A DNA stretch of 42,179 nt from a virus (Duplodnaviria; Heunggongvirae; Uroviricota; Caudoviricetes). The position numbers and the translations under genes were made by a program. The stretch spans positions 1 through 42,179 of the IMG/VR virus record IMGVR_UViG_2778261252_000010, one strand, 5' to 3'. The notes under the pieces were generated by a model, which worked only from the letters and a program-made list of their open reading frames with translations, ran no database searches and had not been told where the DNA came from. This document shows positions 39,431 through 42,179 of this stretch, one piece after another; positions within the stretch are counted from its first letter, which is position 1, and every line of letters starts with the position of its first letter.

Positions 39431-40167
39431 ACAAGATTGACTATCAGGCACTGCGTGAAAAGGCAGAGAAAGCAACGAGTGGTGTGTGGTCGCTCGAATA
39501 TGGAGAGGAGAGATTTGATGCTGGTGATGCGCTAATTCATCGTGAAGTTGTTGGATATCTTCCCATTTGCAGAATTGAAGGAGCGCATCCTGAAAGCGGT
39601 TTCGATGAAGATTTCCAAATGGAGCAGCAGGCTAATGCTGAATTCATCGCCGCAGCCAGTCCGGATACCGTCTTGGCGCTGCTGGATGAGCTGGAAGACG
39701 CAGAGAGACAAATCCTTAAGCTGGAAAGGCTGGCAGAGGCTGAATCTGTAGGAGCAGATAAAGCTGCGGAATCTTGCGTTGAATGGATGAAACGATGTCA
39801 TGCCGCAGAGAAGCGCATAGCAGAACTGGAAGCCGAACCTGTAAGCCAAACTTGCAAGTTGAACGATCCATCGGGCAACTCTCCGGTAACTCCGGATGGT
39901 TGGATAAGCTGTAGTGAGCGAATGCCTGTAATTGGCGAGCTAAATTGGAGAACTAGTTTTCCTTTACTGGTTACGTGTGAGATCGGCGTTATACCTGCTT
40001 ATTACGGCTTTGTGAGCGTTAATGGTGATAGGCATTATGGCTTTATGGAGAGTCTTAAATACGGAGACGATAACGGCAACCATCCTCAAACTAATGAATA
40101 TGGTCTGATTAGCAATGTCGCACACTGGATGCCACTACCAGAACCGCCGCAGCATGATGGTGAATGA
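39427..40167 (+). CDS. Ead/Ea22-like protein with DUF551-like C-terminus
   Basis: 246 aa; N-terminus [21 protein letters not shown] and C-terminal HWMPLPEPP resemble these families as remembered. Confidence 0.6.
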   Translation: MNKIDYQALREKAEKATSGVWSLEYGEERFDAGDALIHREVVGYLPICRIEGAHPESGFDEDFQMEQQANAEFIAAASPDTVLALLDELEDAERQILKLERLAEAESVGADKAAESCVEWMKRCHAAEKRIAELEAEPVSQTCKLNDPSGNSPVTPDGWISCSERMPVIGELNWRTSFPLLVTCEIGVIPAYYGFVSVNGDRHYGFMESLKYGDDNGNHPQTNEYGLISNVAHWMPLPEPPQHDGE

Positions 40168-40253
40168 TGCCGCCAGTTAAAGTTGTGATTATCACTTTGG
40201 TGATGATAGTGATTGCGAGAATCATGTCTGGTGAAATTGGGTGGATATGGTAA
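40164..40253 (+). CDS. Small hydrophobic peptide (29 aa, single transmembrane helix)
   Basis: MMPPVKVVIITLVMIVIARIMSGEIGWIW; start overlaps the upstream stop (ATGA); followed by a terminator. Confidence 0.35.
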   Translation: MMPPVKVVIITLVMIVIARIMSGEIGWIW

Positions 40254-40286
40254 TGACCAAGGCAGCAGCAGAGCGCAACTAACAAT

Positions 40287-40313
40287 CCTCGCATTCGCGG
40301 GGATTTCTTTTAT
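40287..40313 (+). terminator. Intrinsic terminator (same hairpin as at 22671..22686)
   Basis: CCTCGCATTCGCGGGG hairpin followed by ATTTCTTTTAT. Confidence 0.5.
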
Positions 40314-40354
40314 CTGAACTCACTACGGCGAGTTTTGTTTTATGGAGATGATAA

Positions 40355-40522
40355 ATGCACTTCCGAGTCACAGGTGAATGGAATGGAGAGCCATTCGACA
40401 GGGTTATCGAAGCAGAGGACATCAACGACTGCTATAACCACTGGATGATATGGGCGCAGATAGCACATGCAGACGTAACCAATATTCGAATTGAAGAACT
40501 GAAAGAACACCAATCCGCCTGA
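40355..40522 (+). CDS. Small hypothetical protein (55 aa)
   Basis: Below the ORF-track cutoff; GGAGA ribosome-binding site; stop codon sits inside the following terminator hairpin. Confidence 0.5.
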   Translation: MHFRVTGEWNGEPFDRVIEAEDINDCYNHWMIWAQIAHADVTNIRIEELKEHQSA

Positions 40523-40536
40523 TGGCGGTTTTTTAT
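40515..40536 (+). terminator. Intrinsic terminator
   Basis: CCGCC-tgat-GGCGG hairpin followed by TTTTTTATT. Confidence 0.65.
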
Positions 40537-40544
40537 TACCTGAT

Positions 40545-40560
40545 TTGCAGGTTCGATTCC
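40545..40560. repeat. 16-bp TTGCAGGTTCGATTCC, an exact copy of the argW T-arm segment at 1054..1069
   Basis: Exact 16-bp match to the part of the tRNA just 5' of the att core; lies 19 bp upstream of torI. Confidence 0.7.
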
Positions 40561-40579
40561 CTATTCGGAGATAGCACTC

Positions 40580-40780
40580 ATGCAACACGAACTACAGCCT
40601 GATTCACTGGTTGATTTGAAATTCATCATGGCCGATACTGGCTTCGGTAAAACCTTCATCTATGACCGGATTAAGTCCGGGGACCTGCCTAAAGCCAAAG
40701 TTATCCACGGGCGAGCAAGATGGTTATATCGTGACCATTGTGAATTCAAAAATAAGCTCTTAAGCCGCGCCAATGGGTAA
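40580..40780 (+). CDS. torI: Excisionase / recombination directionality factor TorI
   Basis: 66 aa (MQHELQPDSLVDLKFIMADTGFGKTFIYDRI...), matches KplE1 TorI as remembered; winged-helix Xis/AlpA-like; sits at the prophage end opposite intS. Confidence 0.8.
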   Translation: MQHELQPDSLVDLKFIMADTGFGKTFIYDRIKSGDLPKAKVIHGRARWLYRDHCEFKNKLLSRANG

Positions 40781-40795
40781 AATAGCGGGTAAAAT
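40775..40795 (+). promoter_or_regulatory. Two direct GGGTAAAAT repeats overlapping the torI stop (putative recombination-protein binding sites in the attR arm)
   Basis: GGGTAAAAT at 40775 and 40787, 12 bp apart; same motif as the cluster upstream of intS. Confidence 0.4.
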
Positions 40796-40853
40796 TTTAT
40801 TCACATCTAAAAAACACCATTCCAATCAATCCCCTGCCGATTCAAGTAGATGT

Positions 40854-40868
40854 CTGCAGGGGACACCA
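40854..40868. repeat. attR core CTGCAGGGGACACCA
   Basis: Exact copy of the 15 nt at the argW 3' end (1069..1083). Confidence 0.7.
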
Positions 40869-41309
40869 GATACCCTTCAAACGAAATCTACCTTCACCCC
40901 GTAAAAGATGGGTTTGGCAGCACACTTGCCTTATATCTACTCATTTTTACTGCAACAGGTTGAAATCTCAGCACTGTCAGAAAGCGCTGATGACTAAACA
41001 GCCCTGGGCCGGGCGATGTAACCATCACACAGAATCCTGATAGCGAAATATGGCGTGACTCGATACTTCACTCCGCAATGCATTCCTTGATGAATTCGCA
41101 GGACCGTGATACACGGGACAGGTCACTGAATGACGACAATGTCCTGGAAATCAGCGAACCGCGCATCTGAAGTACATTTGAGCGACTGTACCAGAACATG
41201 AATGAGGCGTTTGGATTAGGCGATTATTAGCAGGGCTAAGCATTTTACTATTATTATTTTCCGGTTGAGGGATATAGAGCTATCGACAACAACCGGAAAA
41301 AGTTTACGT

Positions 41310-42179
41310 CTATATTGCTGAAGGTACAGGCGTTTCCATAACTATTTGCTCGCGTTTTTTACTCAAGAAGAAAATGCCAAATAGCAACATCAGGCAGACA
41401 ATACCCGAAATTGCGAAGAAAACTGTCTGGTAGCCTGCGTGGTCAAAGAGTATCCCAGTCGGCGTTGAAAGCAGCACAATCCCAAGCGAACTGGCAATTT
41501 GAAAACCAATCAGAAAGATCGTCGACGACAGGCGCTTATCAAAATTTGCCACGCTGTATTTGAAGACGGATATGACACAAAGTGGAACCTCAATAGCATG
41601 TAACAGCTTCACTAATGAAATAATCCAGGGGTTAACGAACAGCGCGCAGGAAAGGATACGCAACGCCATAATCACAACACCGATAAGTAATGCATTTTTT
41701 GGCCCTACCCGATTCACAAAGAAAGGAATAATCGCCATGCATAGCGCTTCGAGTACCACCTGGAATGAGTTGAGATAACCATACAGGCGCGTTCCTACAT
41801 CGTGTGATTCGAATAAACCTGCATAAAAGACAGGAAAAAGTTGTTGATCAAAAATGTTATAGAAAGACCACGTCCCCACAATAAATATGACGAAAACCCA
41901 GAAGTTTCGATCCTTGAAAACTGCGATAAAATCCTCTTTTTTTACCCCTCCCGCATCCGCCGCTACGCACTGGTGATCCTTATCTTTAAAACACATGTTG
42001 ATCATCATAAATACAGCGCCAAATAGCGAGACCAACCAGAAGTTGATATGGGGACTGATACTAAAAAATATGCCGGCAAAGAACGCGCCAATAGCATAGC
42101 CAAAAGATCCCCAGGCGCGCGCTGTTCCATATTCGAAATGAAAATTTCGCGCCATTTTTTCGGTGAAGCTGTCAAGCAA
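41310..42179 (-). CDS. cscB: LacY-family oligosaccharide:H+ symporter, probably sucrose permease CscB (C-terminal 289 aa; N-terminus beyond the window)
   Basis: Strong LacY-like blocks (YNIFDQQLF, GTRLYGY, VNRVGPKNALLIG, KLLHAIEVPLCVISVFKY); csc genes are known to lie near argW in sucrose-positive E. coli; ORF runs to the window edge. Confidence 0.6.
   Translation of the reverse strand: MLDSFTEKMARNFHFEYGTARAWGSFGYAIGAFFAGIFFSISPHINFWLVSLFGAVFMMINMCFKDKDHQCVAADAGGVKKEDFIAVFKDRNFWVFVIFIVGTWSFYNIFDQQLFPVFYAGLFESHDVGTRLYGYLNSFQVVLEALCMAIIPFFVNRVGPKNALLIGVVIMALRILSCALFVNPWIISLVKLLHAIEVPLCVISVFKYSVANFDKRLSSTIFLIGFQIASSLGIVLLSTPTGILFDHAGYQTVFFAISGIVCLMLLFGIFFLSKKREQIVMETPVPSAI

Larger units (their letters stand above)
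1084..40868. mobile_element. Integrated P22-like mosaic prophage (KplE1/CPS-53-related, apparently intact) at argW
   Basis: Bounded by the tRNA and a 15-bp direct repeat; contains integrase, excisionase, immunity, replication, lysis, terminase and a full podovirus virion gene set in P22 order. Confidence 0.8.

Noticed and set aside
40340-40588. 82-aa minus-strand ORF spanning the right-end intergenic region
   Set aside because: It runs antisense through a plus-strand small gene with a good ribosome-binding site, a terminator and the tRNA-derived 16-bp block; Cys-rich low-complexity translation.
40545-40868. Possibility of a second tRNA gene or pseudo-tRNA at the right border
   Set aside because: Only the 3' T-arm and acceptor segments are present, split by 293 bp including torI; no D-arm or anticodon arm, so these are att-derived repeats.
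41258-41299. 10-bp-stem inverted repeat downstream of the permease gene as an intrinsic terminator
   Set aside because: The 22-nt loop is long and no U-run follows on either strand; more likely a REP-like palindrome or protein-binding site.
1-42179. CRISPR arrays, insertion sequences, rRNA genes or additional tRNA genes
   Set aside because: No regularly spaced short direct repeats, no transposase-like ORFs or terminal inverted repeats, and no other cloverleaf-capable sequences were seen; the only tRNA is argW.

Overview
This window is an Escherichia-type chromosomal segment carrying a complete ~39.8 kb P22-like (Sf6/HK620-type podovirus) mosaic prophage inserted at the 3' end of tRNA-Arg(CCU) argW. 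The left flank is host yfdC and argW; the right flank is a truncated LacY-family permease gene that reads as cscB. Prophage layout: intS (+), then a minus-strand late operon running from the lambda-like Q/pR'/tR' and S-R-Rz/Rz1 lysis cassette through small and large terminase, portal, scaffold, coat, gp4/gp10/gp26/gp14/gp7/gp20/gp16, an immI module (mnt, arc, ant) and a chimeric tailspike. The early-right operon (cro, cII, O-like initiator with embedded iterons, primase-helicase, ninB, Dam-like methyltransferase, Rha, rusA, ninH, Q) is also on the minus strand; cI, N (P22 gene 24 type, with nutL) and the early-left operon (cIII-like, RecT, Ea22/DUF551 proteins, torI) are on the plus strand. 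All calls are from reading the sequence and ORF track against remembered protein families; no database search was run. The strongest candidates for something undescribed are: (1) two paralogous ~300-aa proteins sitting in the two classical lysogen-expressed exclusion slots (downstream of cI, and in immI next to a sieA-position membrane protein); (2) a 60-aa ClpX zinc-binding-domain look-alike translationally coupled between arc and ant; (3) an AT-rich, terminator-flanked three-gene moron in the early-left operon; (4) a possible DUF2829/Tad2-like protein downstream of the lysis genes; (5) an unusual right end where the tRNA 3' 30 nt reappear as two blocks split by torI.
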